Below, one piece after another: positions 1 to 10,761 of a stretch of 64,000 nucleotides of DNA (the first letter of the stretch is position 1; every line of letters starts with the position of its first letter). Source of the DNA: Myxococcota bacterium (lineage in GTDB: Bacteria > Myxococcota_A > Polyangia > Polyangiales > Sandaracinaceae); assembly GCA_036149055.1 (NCBI GenBank), contig JAYZQJ010000033.1:1-64000 (forward strand). Reading direction: 5' to 3'. The translations under genes were made by a program, and so were the position numbers. The notes under the pieces were generated by a model. That model saw only the letters and a program-made list of their open reading frames with translations, was not told where the DNA came from and ran no database searches.

Positions 1-162
1 GCCGAGTCCGCTGCCGAGTCCGCTGCCGAGTCCGCTGCCGAGTCCGCTGCCGAGTCCGCTGCCGAGTCCGCTGCCGAGTCCGCTGCCGAGTCCGCTGCCG
101 AGTCCGAGTCCGAGTCCGTGGCCGAGACCGATGCCGAGTCCGATGCCGGGTCTGTGGCCGGG
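1..162. repeat. Tandem repeat, 12-bp unit GCCGAGTCCGCT (8 exact copies, then degenerate copies); truncated by window start
   Basis: Directly visible: exact units at 1-96, decaying to about 162. Confidence 0.9.
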
Positions 163-333
163 GCCGTCTCGGACGCTGGGGGCGGCTCGGTGTCGCTCGG
201 CGCTTGCGCGGCAGCCGACAGCGGGGCGGCGAGGAGGAGCAGCGAGAGCGCGAGGAGACGCGGCACGGGGGGCTCTTAGCACATCGACGGGCCTCGACCT
301 CGCGGCTCGATTCCGCTACCCCGTCACGGTGCG

Positions 334-1065
334 ATGACCCCGCGCGCGATCTTCAACTTCATCTGGACCACCGGCGCCACCGGCGCCTGGAGCGTGTACG
401 GCGTCGGCCGGCAGATCCCCCGCAAGGACGCGGCGCTGTTCCAGCTGCACACCCGGGGATGGGCGCGCACCGTCGCGGCCGGGGTGGGGCTCGAGGTCGA
501 GGCGTACGGGACCTGGAGGCTGGACCCGCAGGGCACCTACGTGCTGATGGCCAACCACCAGAGCCACGTCGACATCCCGTGCCTCTTCCTGGCGCTGCCG
601 ATGGTGCCGGGCTTCCTCGCCAAGGCCGAGCTCCGCAGGGTCCCGCTCTTCGGGCGGGCGATGGAGGTCGGAGGGCACGTCTTCGTCGATCGGGCGCAGC
701 ACGCCCGCGCGATCGAGGCCATCGCCGCCGCCGCTCGGGACATGTCCCACGGCACCTCGATCGCCATCTTCCCCGAGGGCACCCGCAGCAGCGTGCGCGA
801 GGTCCTGCCGTTCAAGAAGGGCGGCTTCCACCTCGCCCGCCAGGCCGGCGTCTCGATCGTGCCCATCGGCATCCGGGGCACCGCCGACCTGCTGCCGAAG
901 GGCAGCAAGCAGCTCCTCCCGGGCAAGGCCGAGGTGCACGTCGGAGAGCCGCTCCCGGTCGAGACCGTCACCGGGCTCGAGCTCCCGGAGCTGATGCGCG
1001 AGGTGCGGGCTCGCATCTGCGAGCTCGCCGCGCTCCCGCCCGCCGCCGACCGCGCGAACGCCTAG
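334..1065 (+). CDS. plsC: 1-acyl-sn-glycerol-3-phosphate acyltransferase
   Basis: NHQSHVD, AKAEL, FVDR and FPEGTRS motifs. Confidence 0.9.
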   Translation: MTPRAIFNFIWTTGATGAWSVYGVGRQIPRKDAALFQLHTRGWARTVAAGVGLEVEAYGTWRLDPQGTYVLMANHQSHVDIPCLFLALPMVPGFLAKAELRRVPLFGRAMEVGGHVFVDRAQHARAIEAIAAAARDMSHGTSIAIFPEGTRSSVREVLPFKKGGFHLARQAGVSIVPIGIRGTADLLPKGSKQLLPGKAEVHVGEPLPVETVTGLELPELMREVRARICELAALPPAADRANA

Positions 1066-1904
1066 CCGCTCGAACGCCCGCCGCTCGCCGCGCGGCCGAG
1101 CTCGATCCGGAGCAGGTGCAGCCCGCGGGCGGGCGCGGTCTGACCGGCGTGGGTGCGATCCTTCTCGCGCGCGAGCAGCGCCGAGATGTCGTCGGGGGTC
1201 AGGCGCTCGCGGCCCACCTCCACCAGGGTGCCGGCGATGATCCGCACCATGTGCTGCATGAAGGCGGTGCCGCGGACCTCGATCGCGACGAGCTCCGGCT
1301 GCATCCAGCCGCGGGTCAGGCGGACGTGGTGGAGGCGCCGGACCGAATTCTCCCGGTCGTCGCGCATGCTCCGGAAGGCGTCGAAGTCGTGCTCGCCCTC
1401 CATGCGCCGGGCGGCCTCGTCCATCGCGTCGAGGTCGAGCCAGTGCTCGAGGGCGGTGCGGTGCTCGGGCCGGCCGAGCTCGCCGGGGAGGGGGCGCGCG
1501 AGGCGCGGGCCGAGGTGCCAGGCGGTGGTGCGCAGCATCGGGTCCCGCGTCGCCGCGAGGTGCAGGAGGTAGCGGTAGGTCTTGCCCAGCGCGTCGTAGC
1601 GCGGCTGATAGCCCGGGGCGCAGGGCTCGGCCGAGCGGATGGACACGTCGGCCGGCAGCTGCGAGTTCAGCCCGCGCACCCAGGCGTGCGGGGTGATGTC
1701 GCGCTCGGTGTCGAAGGCGGCGACCTGCCCGTGGGCGTGCACGCCCGCGTCGGTGCGGCTGCAGCCCCGGACCGTCGTCGGCGCGCCGGCGATCCTCTCG
1801 ATGGCCTCCTCCAGCACCTGCTGCACGGTCCGCTCCGCGAGCTGGCGCTGCCAGCCCGCGAACGCGGTCCCGTCGTAGGCGACGACGAGGCGGACGCCGA
1901 GCAC
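1062..1904 (-). CDS. truA: tRNA pseudouridine(38-40) synthase
   Basis: YDGTAFAGWQRQ, SRTDAGVHA, FMQHMVRIIAG and TAPARGL motifs. Confidence 0.95.
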   Translation of the reverse strand: MLGVRLVVAYDGTAFAGWQRQLAERTVQQVLEEAIERIAGAPTTVRGCSRTDAGVHAHGQVAAFDTERDITPHAWVRGLNSQLPADVSIRSAEPCAPGYQPRYDALGKTYRYLLHLAATRDPMLRTTAWHLGPRLARPLPGELGRPEHRTALEHWLDLDAMDEAARRMEGEHDFDAFRSMRDDRENSVRRLHHVRLTRGWMQPELVAIEVRGTAFMQHMVRIIAGTLVEVGRERLTPDDISALLAREKDRTHAGQTAPARGLHLLRIELGRAASGGRSSG

Positions 1905-1908
1905 GACG

Positions 1909-2637
1909 CTAGAAGGTGAAGCCGAGGCCGGCCGCCCAGCCCCAGCCGCTCACCGGCAGCTGGTCCTGGATGAGGTCGCCGGCCATCGAGTAGTAGAGCT
2001 CGAAGAAGATCTCGGAGTGGTTGATGCCCCACTCCTCGTCGAGCTGTCGGGCGGCGCGCGGCTCGAGGAAGTCGAGCTCGAGCGAGACCTTGCCGGCGAA
2101 GCGTGGGCCGATGCTCCAGCCGGTCGCCTCGGTCGTGCTGCCCGCGCCGGTCAGCCAGTACACGACGTCGAGGCCGATCTTCGGCGTGAGCACGATCGGG
2201 AAGTTCAGCTCCCGCGCGAAGGTGTCGAAGCGCAGGAGGAGGAAGGGCCGCATCGTGATGATCTCGAACACGTTGCGGTCGCTGTTCTCGCCTTCGCCGC
2301 CGGTCGGCACCGAGCCGGGCGAGGGGGTGTCCCACTGCGACCAGCCGAGGCCGCCGCCCGCGCCGACGAGCCCGATGTACGGGATGCGCCACGGGAAGTA
2401 GTGCAGCTCGAAGGAGAGCATCGGGCCGACGTCGCCCCCGAAGTACTGCGGGCTGCCGAAGTCGGCGCCCAGGCCCTCGAGGGTGTAGATGCCGAGCCGG
2501 AGCTCGAGCCCGAAGTGCTCGGGGCTCGCGGTGTAGGTCGAGGGCGCCGTCCAGTCCTCGGGATCCGCGTGCGCGGTGCCGGTGGCGGCCAAGAGGGCGA
2601 TCGCGCCGGCCGCGGCCGCGCTGAGCAGGGACTTCAT
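1909..2637 (-). CDS. Outer-membrane beta-barrel protein (MXAN_2562-like)
   Basis: Signal peptide, LDFLEPRAARQLDEEWGINHS segment, C-terminal GLGFTF; adjacent to a MYXO-CTERM-like gene. Confidence 0.7.
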   Translation of the reverse strand: MKSLLSAAAAGAIALLAATGTAHADPEDWTAPSTYTASPEHFGLELRLGIYTLEGLGADFGSPQYFGGDVGPMLSFELHYFPWRIPYIGLVGAGGGLGWSQWDTPSPGSVPTGGEGENSDRNVFEIITMRPFLLLRFDTFARELNFPIVLTPKIGLDVVYWLTGAGSTTEATGWSIGPRFAGKVSLELDFLEPRAARQLDEEWGINHSEIFFELYYSMAGDLIQDQLPVSGWGWAAGLGFTF

Positions 2638-3608
2638 CGGTTCCTCCGACGGAGCGTCAGGAAGAGGCCCAGGCCGAGCGCCGCGAGGGTCGCGAGCCGG
2701 AAGGGGCCGTCAGCGGGGCCGGGCTGCACGCTGCAGCCGGAGGAGGAGCACGCCTCGGAGGCGTCCGGGCCGCCGCAGTACATCTCCCACCAGGTCGTCA
2801 CCTCGATGCGGGTCACGCAGCGGGCGGTCAGCTCGCCCGGGTTGCCCGCCTCGTCGACCGCCCGGATGCCCACCGCGGCCTGACCGCCGATCGGCACCGA
2901 CGAAGGGAAGGGCGCGGTCGCCCGCGCGGCGGTGTTCGAGGGGCGGCTCACGATGAAGGTGTCGGACGGCGAGTCGCCGGCGAGCTCGCCGACCACCATC
3001 CCGTCCATGCAGCCGTTGGGGTCGACGAAGACCTGATACTCGCGGAGCATCGCGGTCGATCCGTCCCAGGTCAGCGTGGCCCCGTCCTCGCCCGCGGTGA
3101 TGCTCAGGTTGCTCACCGCGGCCGGGCCGCTGAAGTCCCAGCGCAGCGGGAACGAGAAGACCTGATCGGCGGTGACCATGTCGTTCTCGTTGTCGATCGC
3201 GAGCGCGAAGACCGTGTACTGGCTGGCGTCCATCGTGGTGCAGTCCAGCAGCGAGCTCAGGGGGATGAGCACGTCGCGCCGCGCCTGCATGTCGGTCGGC
3301 TCGTTCAGGCCGAGGGGAATGCAGGTCGACTCGGAGCTGCCCCGGGCCGGCGTGTTCGTCTGGCAGTTCGAGCCCTGGAAGAAGATCAGGCTCCCCTTCG
3401 AGGTGTCGATCCCGGTGAACCGGATGTCGAGCGACTCGTTCATGCACTCCTCGGCCGTCACCGCGAACTCGGCCATGCCGAGCTGCTCGAAGGTCGGGAT
3501 GTCCGACCGACCGGTGAAGTCCTGGAGCGTGGCGGTCAGCTGCGCCGAGGCGAGGCTCGGTGCGAGCGCGGCGAGGCAGAAGAGCGTCCCCGTGAGCAAG
3601 CGCTTCAT
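2634..3608 (-). CDS. Surface protein with FN3-like region and MYXO-CTERM-like sorting tail (MXAN_2561-like)
   Basis: Signal peptide MKRLLTG...ASA; C-terminal SSGCSV, hydrophobic helix, RRRNR; start moved to ATG 3608. Confidence 0.7.
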   Translation of the reverse strand: MKRLLTGTLFCLAALAPSLASAQLTATLQDFTGRSDIPTFEQLGMAEFAVTAEECMNESLDIRFTGIDTSKGSLIFFQGSNCQTNTPARGSSESTCIPLGLNEPTDMQARRDVLIPLSSLLDCTTMDASQYTVFALAIDNENDMVTADQVFSFPLRWDFSGPAAVSNLSITAGEDGATLTWDGSTAMLREYQVFVDPNGCMDGMVVGELAGDSPSDTFIVSRPSNTAARATAPFPSSVPIGGQAAVGIRAVDEAGNPGELTARCVTRIEVTTWWEMYCGGPDASEACSSSGCSVQPGPADGPFRLATLAALGLGLFLTLRRRNR

Positions 3609-3733
3609 GCGCGCGAGTCCAAGCAAGCGTCGTGCCCTCATCATCTCGGTGGCCTCCGCATCGAATCCAAGCCCATCGCTGACATTATGGCATCCGGGCG
3701 GCCAGAGGTCCGGGACCGCTGCCAAAACGTCGA

Positions 3734-3766
3734 GCGGCCCGCCGGTGAGCTCACCGAGCGGGCCGC
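3734..3766 (-). terminator. Probable terminator hairpin downstream of asd
   Basis: GCGGCCCGC...GCGGGCCGC inverted repeat with a short T run shortly after it on the minus strand. Confidence 0.5.
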
Positions 3767-3786
3767 CGTCGTAGCACGAATGCTCT

Positions 3787-4797
<1,011 letters not shown>

Positions 4798-4894
4798 CGC
4801 CCATCTCGGTACCACGTGCCCGGGATCCTTCAAGCGCGCTCCGGTTGCGCGCCGGCGCGGACGTGGCCAGAAAACGCCCCAGAACGGAGGCCTC

Positions 4895-6427
4895 ATGGCT
4901 CAGCGCACGACCGCGATCCTGCTCTCTCTCGTCGCCGCCTTCACCGCGTCGCTGGCTCGAGCGCAGCCGGCAGAGGACGTCCCGTCCCCCACGCCGGACC
5001 AGGTGCGCGAGATCCCGCCGCCGCCCGAGTCCGAGATCGATCTGCTCGAGGTCCTGCGGGGGGAGGGGCGCGGATGGACGGCCGAGGCGGCGGCCGCGCG
5101 CGCGGTCGAGACGGCCCCCGGCGTGGAGCGCAGCGAGGCGGCGGTGCGACAGGCGGCGGCGGGCGCCGAGCGGGCGCTCTACGGCTTCATCCCGCAGCTC
5201 ACCCTCTCGTTCCGCTACACGCGGCTCAGCGAGATCACCAACCCGAGCCTCATCCAGGGGCCGAGCATCGACCCGGACCTCATCCCCGCCATCGTCTCCG
5301 GCGTCGACGACCCGGACGCCCGCGCGCTCTGGGAGCAGACCCTGCGCTCCCAGGCCGAGCTGTCGAACTTCACCTTCCCGGTGATCCTCGACCAGCTCAC
5401 CCTGCGCGCCTCGCTCCAGTACCCGGTGAGCGACGTGCTCCTGTCGATCCTCCCGGCCTACGAGAGCGCGCGCACCAGCGAGGAGGCGGCGCGTCTGAGG
5501 GTCGAGGCCCAGCGGCAGGACGTCGCGCTCCAGGCGAGGGAGACCTTCTACAACTACGCGCGCGCCCGGGCCGCCCTCGCGGTGGCGCGGAGCTCGCTCG
5601 GGCAGGCCGAGACGCGGCACGAGCAGGTGCGCGCCTTCGTCGCCGCCGGCACCGCGGCGCCGGTCGACGAGCTGCGCATCCGCGCGCAGGTGGCGGCGGC
5701 CCGGGTCGCGGTGGTGCGGGCGGAGGCCGGCGTCGAGGTCGGCGCGACCGCGCTCCGCACGCTGCTGCACCTTCCGCCCGAGACGTCGATCGCGGTCGGC
5801 GAGGACGTGCTGGCGCCGCTCCCCGCGCTCGACGCCTCGGGCCCCGACCTGGTCTCGCGCGCCGTGCGTCAGCGCCGCGACGTCCGGGCGGTGCGCCGCA
5901 TCATCCGCGCCGCCGGCCATCAGGTCGACGCGGCCGAGGGCAGCCGCTACCCGCACCTCGCGGTGGCCGCGAACCTCGACGTGGCGAACCCGAACCCGCG
6001 CATCTTCCCGCAGACCCAGGAGTTCCGAGAGACCTGGGACGTCAGCGCGGTCATCACCTGGTCGCCCCACGACCTGCTCAACGGCGAGGCGCAGGCGAGC
6101 GAGGCGCGCGCTCAGCAGGATCAGGCCCGCGCCGATCTGCGCAGCCTCGAGGACGCGATCCGGATCCAGGTCACCCAGGCCCACGCCGACTACGAGGCGG
6201 CGCGGCTCTCGCTCGAGGCCGCCCAGCTCGGCATCGAGGCGGCCGAGGAGAGCTACCGCGTGCAGATGGAGCGCTACCGCGCCGGCGCGTCGACGGTCAG
6301 CGATCTCATCGACGCGAGCGCCGAGCAGATCCGCGCCCAGCTCGACCTGGTCACCGCGGCCATCGACGCCCGGGTCGCGCGGGCGCGCCTCACCCGGGCC
6401 CTCGGGCAGGACGGAGCGGACGAATGA
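4895..6427 (+). CDS. TolC family outer-membrane efflux protein
   Basis: GGAGG RBS, signal peptide, two OEP-like repeats (ERYRAGASTVSDLIDA). Confidence 0.85.
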   Translation: MAQRTTAILLSLVAAFTASLARAQPAEDVPSPTPDQVREIPPPPESEIDLLEVLRGEGRGWTAEAAAARAVETAPGVERSEAAVRQAAAGAERALYGFIPQLTLSFRYTRLSEITNPSLIQGPSIDPDLIPAIVSGVDDPDARALWEQTLRSQAELSNFTFPVILDQLTLRASLQYPVSDVLLSILPAYESARTSEEAARLRVEAQRQDVALQARETFYNYARARAALAVARSSLGQAETRHEQVRAFVAAGTAAPVDELRIRAQVAAARVAVVRAEAGVEVGATALRTLLHLPPETSIAVGEDVLAPLPALDASGPDLVSRAVRQRRDVRAVRRIIRAAGHQVDAAEGSRYPHLAVAANLDVANPNPRIFPQTQEFRETWDVSAVITWSPHDLLNGEAQASEARAQQDQARADLRSLEDAIRIQVTQAHADYEAARLSLEAAQLGIEAAEESYRVQMERYRAGASTVSDLIDASAEQIRAQLDLVTAAIDARVARARLTRALGQDGADE

Positions 6428-6813
6428 TCGTCGTCGCCGCCGCCGTCATCCGCGAGGCGCCCGGCGCGCCCATCCTCATGACCCGCCGCATGGAGGGCGC
6501 GCACCTCGCCGGCCTCTGGGAGTTCCCCGGCGGCAAGGTCGAGCGGGGCGAGGACCCGGAGCACGCCGTCGTCCGGGAGTGCCGCGAGGAGATCGCGCTC
6601 GACCTCGAGGTCCTCGACATCCTCGAGGTGGCCCACCACGTCTACGCAGAGAAAGAGGTCCTGCTCCTCTTCTACGACTGCCGGGTCCGCGGCGGCGCGG
6701 TCCAGCACCTCGGCGTCGCCGACCACGCCTGGGTCCTCCCCTCCGAGCTCGAGCGCTACCCCGTGCCCCCGCCCGACGCGCGCCTCATCGAGAAGCTCGT
6801 GGCCGGCCGCTGA
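6424..6813 (+). CDS. NUDIX hydrolase, MutT/NudG-like
   Basis: WEFPGGKVERGEDPEHAVVRECREE Nudix box; ATGA overlap with the TolC stop. Confidence 0.9.
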   Translation: MIVVAAAVIREAPGAPILMTRRMEGAHLAGLWEFPGGKVERGEDPEHAVVRECREEIALDLEVLDILEVAHHVYAEKEVLLLFYDCRVRGGAVQHLGVADHAWVLPSELERYPVPPPDARLIEKLVAGR

Positions 6814-6844
6814 ACGGGAGCGGCGTGAGCCGAGAGACCGACCC

Positions 6845-7453
6845 TCAGAGGAGGTCGATGGGGCCGGCGCCTTCGCGCACGACCTCGACCTCGGGGCCGG
6901 TGAGGTCGACGATGGTGGACGACTCGAGGCCTCCCCACCCGGCGTCGAGGAACATGTCGACGTGGCCGAAGTAGGACGCGATGTCGTTCGGGTCGTTGAG
7001 CATCTCGCCTTCCCAGGTGGCGGAGGTGCTCACGATCGGGTTCCCCAGCTCGCGGACGAGGCCGAGCGCGACCTCGTGGTGGGGGACCCGGATGCCGACC
7101 TGCTTGCGCTTCTTGTGGATGTGCAGGATGCGCGGGGCCTCGCGGGTGGCCGGCAGGATGAAGCAGTACGGGCCGGGGGTCAGGCGCCGCATCATCCGGT
7201 AGGTGCGGTCGTCGACGATGGCGTACTTCGACAGGTCGCCGAGGTCGGGGCAGAGGAAGGCCAGGGGCTGGTCCTTCTTCATGCGCTTGAGCTCGTAGAC
7301 GCGGTCGACCGCCTTCTTCTGCGTGAAGTCGCAGCCGATGCCGTAGACGGTGTCGGTCGGGTAGGCGATGACGCCGCCCTGGCGGAGCACGTCGACGGCC
7401 TTGCGCAGGAGGCGGGGGTCCGGGTGCTCCGGGTCGATCTGGATTCTCTTCAT
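6845..7453 (-). CDS. Sua5/YciO/YrdC family threonylcarbamoyl-AMP synthase
   Basis: YPTDTVYGIGC, LKRM, GIRVP and STSA motifs; start at MKRIQI. Confidence 0.9.
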   Translation of the reverse strand: MKRIQIDPEHPDPRLLRKAVDVLRQGGVIAYPTDTVYGIGCDFTQKKAVDRVYELKRMKKDQPLAFLCPDLGDLSKYAIVDDRTYRMMRRLTPGPYCFILPATREAPRILHIHKKRKQVGIRVPHHEVALGLVRELGNPIVSTSATWEGEMLNDPNDIASYFGHVDMFLDAGWGGLESSTIVDLTGPEVEVVREGAGPIDLL

Positions 7454-7458
7454 GGCTC

Positions 7459-8352
7459 TCAGGGGCGGGCGTGCAGCAGGCGGCGCGTGTCTCCCCCCTC
7501 GAACAGCACCATGATGAAGCCCTCGGGCGTGATCTCTTCGACTCGGCCGACGCCGAACTTGGAGTGTCGGAAGTAGTCGCCGACCGCGTATGTGCGAGCG
7601 CGGTCGTAGGTCTCGGCGGTCGCGCGGGCGCGCCCGATCTCGTCCTCGCTCAGCGTGGGGGCGACCTTGCGGGCCGGCGCCTTGCGCTTGGAGGCGGTGC
7701 CGCCCGAGGCGACGCGGCGTCGGCGCGTGGTGGTCCCGCTCGGGCTCGACGCCGGCCGGGTGGGCTCGGCGACGACCTTCACGTCGCGGCCGAGCTGACG
7801 GCGCGCCGCGCTGATCCGGCTCGAGTAGGGGTGGCAGATGAGGCACTCCTCGATCGGCGTCGCCTGCCCGGAGGAGAAGCGCTCGTCGTAGAACGCGTTC
7901 GCCGCGCGCGCGATGAGCACCAGTCGCTGCACCTCGTCGACCGCGTCGGGGCCGTCGCCGAGGGGCGCGAAGGCCACGCGCTTCACGTGCCGCTCGGCCA
8001 CGAAGGCGAGCGCGTCCTTGACCGCGCGGGTGACGATCTCGGCCTTCGGCGCGGGCGCGCGGATGCCCCGATCCTCGGGCGGGCGCGTCGCGATCCACAG
8101 CAGGAAGTCGCAGTGAAGCTTGCCGCGGTGCAGGCGCAGCATCTCGCCGATCTCGAGCTCTCCGGCGTCGAGGCGAGCGCGCTCGCGATCGAGCTGCGAC
8201 TGCAGCTCGCCGCCGTACTGCTCGGCGAGCTCGCGGTCGGGCCCGGGGCCGGGCCAGATGCGCATGTCGGTCGTACCGTCGTAGACGATGGCGTCCACCC
8301 GCTGCGACGAGGGGAGGTCGAAGACGGAGGACGCGATGAGCTGAACGTCCAT
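7459..8352 (-). CDS. Degenerate macro-domain protein with C-terminal Tudor-like domain
   Basis: VDAIVY...GKLHCDFLLW...KRVAFAPLG macro-like pattern; C-terminal VGDYFRHSKFGVGRV; start at MDVQLI. Confidence 0.6.
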   Translation of the reverse strand: MDVQLIASSVFDLPSSQRVDAIVYDGTTDMRIWPGPGPDRELAEQYGGELQSQLDRERARLDAGELEIGEMLRLHRGKLHCDFLLWIATRPPEDRGIRAPAPKAEIVTRAVKDALAFVAERHVKRVAFAPLGDGPDAVDEVQRLVLIARAANAFYDERFSSGQATPIEECLICHPYSSRISAARRQLGRDVKVVAEPTRPASSPSGTTTRRRRVASGGTASKRKAPARKVAPTLSEDEIGRARATAETYDRARTYAVGDYFRHSKFGVGRVEEITPEGFIMVLFEGGDTRRLLHARP

Positions 8353-8463
8353 GGGCCCCGTCACTAGCACGTCGGACCGCCGACGCGAATGGATTCGCGT
8401 GGCGAAACCGAGAAGGATTAATCGCCTGACTCGGGGCCGATCATCGGGCAAGCTGCGGCCCTC

Positions 8464-8967
8464 ATGAGCGAGCGAGCCGACAGCCCCTTCATCGTGGTGA
8501 CCGCGATCCTCGACGGGAGCGCGCGACCCGCGCAGATCACCATCAGCCATGGGGACGCCATGGAGAAGGCGTTCGACGCGACGACCGACAAGGACATCGC
8601 GGGCCTCGACATCGTCGAGCTCCCGGTCGCGCCGCCGGCGTTCGAAGCGCTGCGCCAGATGACCGGCCGGTCCAAGGACGCGGTCGCCGTCTACGACGTC
8701 TTCCCCCTGTCGCCGACCCTCGACGGCAGCGTCCGCACCGTGGCCGGGCAGTTCCTCGCCGCCGAGGCGCTCTGGACCCTCGAGGAGCAGGGACACCTGA
8801 AGGGCGTGCCGCTGAACCTGAAGCTCGACGTGCCGCCGGGCTGGGAGCGCGACCCGAAGGCGATCCACGAGAAGCTCGTCGGCGCCGGCGCCCTCGAGCT
8901 CTCGCCGAAGGCCATCGAGACCTTCAAGTCGATCAAGAGCGCCTGGGACGCGAAGAACGCCTCCTGA
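8464..8967 (+). CDS. Hypothetical protein
   Basis: Host-like codon usage and natural amino-acid composition. Confidence 0.75.
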   Translation: MSERADSPFIVVTAILDGSARPAQITISHGDAMEKAFDATTDKDIAGLDIVELPVAPPAFEALRQMTGRSKDAVAVYDVFPLSPTLDGSVRTVAGQFLAAEALWTLEEQGHLKGVPLNLKLDVPPGWERDPKAIHEKLVGAGALELSPKAIETFKSIKSAWDAKNAS

Positions 8968-9134
8968 TCCCGATCGCCACCGCCTCGTCGCCTCGCACTC
9001 GCGACCGCCTCGTCGCCCCCCACTCGCGGGAAACGAGGAAGGTGGGAAGCGAGGAGAGAGAGGGGATGGGGGCGCGGCTCCGCGCCGGCGCCTCGACGGT
9101 CGCCGCGGGCTCGGCTGCACGCCGAGCACGGCAG

Positions 9135-9303
9135 GCGACGAGCGCAGCGAGGTCGCCGCACGCACCACCACCTGTGTTCGATTCCGCGGCAGCGGGCGGC
9201 CAGCTCGCGCGAAGCGCGAGCGCGAGCCGCAGGGCCCCCAGCGCCCCGCGCTGGGGTCGGGGCCGAGCGGAGCGAGGTCCCGGAGTGGGTGGGGGGGCCC
9301 CGC
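9135..9303 (-). repeat. Dispersed structured intergenic element, copy A
   Basis: Reverse complement shares CCCAGCG...GGGGCGCTGGGGGCCCTGCGGCTCGCGCTCGCGC with the 49.2 kb and 63.1 kb copies, and GTGCGGCGACCTCGCTGCGCTCGTC with the 49.3 kb copy. Confidence 0.8.
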
Positions 9304-9408
9304 GGAGCCGGTGCAGCGGTCACGGCGTAGGCTGCGGAGCAGCCGGAGTGGTGACCGTTGTGCCGGCGCAGCGGGGGGGCGGGGGCGGACCCGCCCCTGC
9401 CCGACAAG

Positions 9409-9807
9409 TCAATTTAGCTCGATGGGCATCGAGAGCGCGAAGGGCGCGATCTCGGCGTCGAAGGCGGCGCCGTCGTCGCGCACCATCTGGTAGGTGCCGT
9501 GCATCGTGCCGCGCGGGGTCTGGAGGATGCAGCCGCTCGTGTAGGTGTGGCTCTCGCCGGGCTCGAGCCGCGGCTGCTCGCCGATCACGCCGGGGCCCTT
9601 CACCTCGTCCACCTTCCCGGTGGCGTCGGTGATGATCCAGTGCCGGGTGATCAGCTTGGCCGCGCGCTCGCCTTCGTTGTCGAGGCGCACGGTGTAGGCC
9701 CACACGTAGCGGCGGCCGGCCGGGTTCGACTGCTCGGCCACGTATCGCGCGGCGACGGTCACGCGGATGCCGTCGGTCAGCGCCACCGATGGGTTCTGGG
9801 CCTTCAT
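9409..9807 (-). CDS. apaG: ApaG protein
   Basis: RHWIITDATG, GPGVIGEQP and YTSGC motifs. Confidence 0.95.
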   Translation of the reverse strand: MKAQNPSVALTDGIRVTVAARYVAEQSNPAGRRYVWAYTVRLDNEGERAAKLITRHWIITDATGKVDEVKGPGVIGEQPRLEPGESHTYTSGCILQTPRGTMHGTYQMVRDDGAAFDAEIAPFALSMPIELN

Positions 9808-9824
9808 CAGCGCAGGGATAGCAG

Positions 9825-9860
9825 AAAAGAAAACGGCCCGCCTCGGAGGAGGCAGGCCGT
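9825..9860 (-). terminator. Rho-independent terminator of the tRNA operon
   Basis: Minus strand reads ACGGCCTGCCTC-loop-GAGGCGGGCCGT-TTTCTTTT. Confidence 0.8.
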
Positions 9861-9865
9861 CGAAG

Positions 9866-9937
9866 TGACCCCAAGGGGACTCGAACCCCTGTTACCGGCG
9901 TGAGAGGCCGATGTCCTAACCACTAGACGATGGGGCC
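9866..9937 (-). tRNA. tRNA-Glu(CTC)
   Basis: Cloverleaf GGCCCCATCGTCTAGTGG...CTCTCAC...GGTTCGAGTCC. Confidence 0.95.
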
Positions 9938-9966
9938 GTCTGAGGAAGTATGAGCCTGGAATGTCA

Positions 9967-10038
9967 TGACCCCAAGGGGACTCGAACCCCTGTTACCGGC
10001 GTGAGAGGCCGATGTCCTAACCACTAGACGATGGGGCC
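9967..10038 (-). tRNA. tRNA-Glu(CTC), identical second copy
   Basis: Identical to 9866-9937. Confidence 0.95.
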
Positions 10039-10093
10039 GTCTATCGGTCGAGCGCGCCGACCACGTGAACGAGGTCGTGAGCGCTCTCCGCTA

Positions 10094-10164
10094 CTCGGGG
10101 ACTAGGATTCGAACCTAGATAGCCAGAGCCAGAATCTGGAGTCCTGCCATTAGACGATCCCCGA
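10094..10164 (-). tRNA. tRNA-Gln(CTG)
   Basis: TCGGGGATCGTCTAATGG...CCAGA-TTCTGGC-TCTGG...GGTTCGAATCC. Confidence 0.95.
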
Positions 10165-10207
10165 TTGCTTGTCACTCCCGGGGGCTGTCGCCCGCTCGGG
10201 AGCCGGG

Positions 10208-10236
10208 TGTTTAGCGCCCACCGGGGGGTTGGTCAA
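10208..10236 (-). promoter_or_regulatory. Putative sigma70 promoter of the tRNA operon
   Basis: TTGACC-N17-TAAACA on the minus strand, about 45 bp upstream of tRNA-Gln. Confidence 0.55.
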
Positions 10237-10434
10237 GAGAAACGTGGGCCGGGAATCCTTCGGCTTTTCATGTACTCGACCTGAATGGTGTGGAATCTCC
10301 CTCGAATGAGCCCCTCATGGCCGCCGCGCCGCGAATAGCAGGCTGAAAAGCGCGGAGAGGATCCCCCTTGCGCTCCTCGGGAAACTGATGCAGAACTGTT
10401 CTACGGTTTTCCGATAAGGAATGTGAGAGGGCCC

Positions 10435-10758
10435 ATGGCACACTGGATCGTGACGGCGAATCGACTCTCGGACGGGGCGGTGGTCTACCTCCGCGGCGAC
10501 CGCGGCTGGACGGGCGACCTCCAGCAGGCGCGCGCGCTCGACGACACGCAGGCGGCCGACGACCTCCTGGCCTGGGCCAAGGGGCAGGAGGCGGTGATCT
10601 GCGATCCCTACCTGTGCGAGGTCGGCCTCGAGGGCGCGCGGCTGCTCCCGCTGAGCGCCCGCGAGCGCATCCGGGCCGAGGGCCCGCGCCCGACGCTCCA
10701 GCGCCTCGGATACCTCCCCCAGCGCGGGGCCGAGCCGGCGCGCGCCGCCGTGGGCTGA
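10435..10758 (+). CDS. DUF2849 family protein
   Basis: TANRLSDGAVVYL and RERIRAEGP motifs; directly upstream of the sulfite reductase. Confidence 0.85.
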   Translation: MAHWIVTANRLSDGAVVYLRGDRGWTGDLQQARALDDTQAADDLLAWAKGQEAVICDPYLCEVGLEGARLLPLSARERIRAEGPRPTLQRLGYLPQRGAEPARAAVG

Positions 10759-10761
10759 GCC

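Noticed and set aside
8978..9028. Short direct repeat ACCGCCTCGTCGCC...CACTCGCG x2
   Set aside because: Only two imperfect copies in GC-rich DNA; no supporting context
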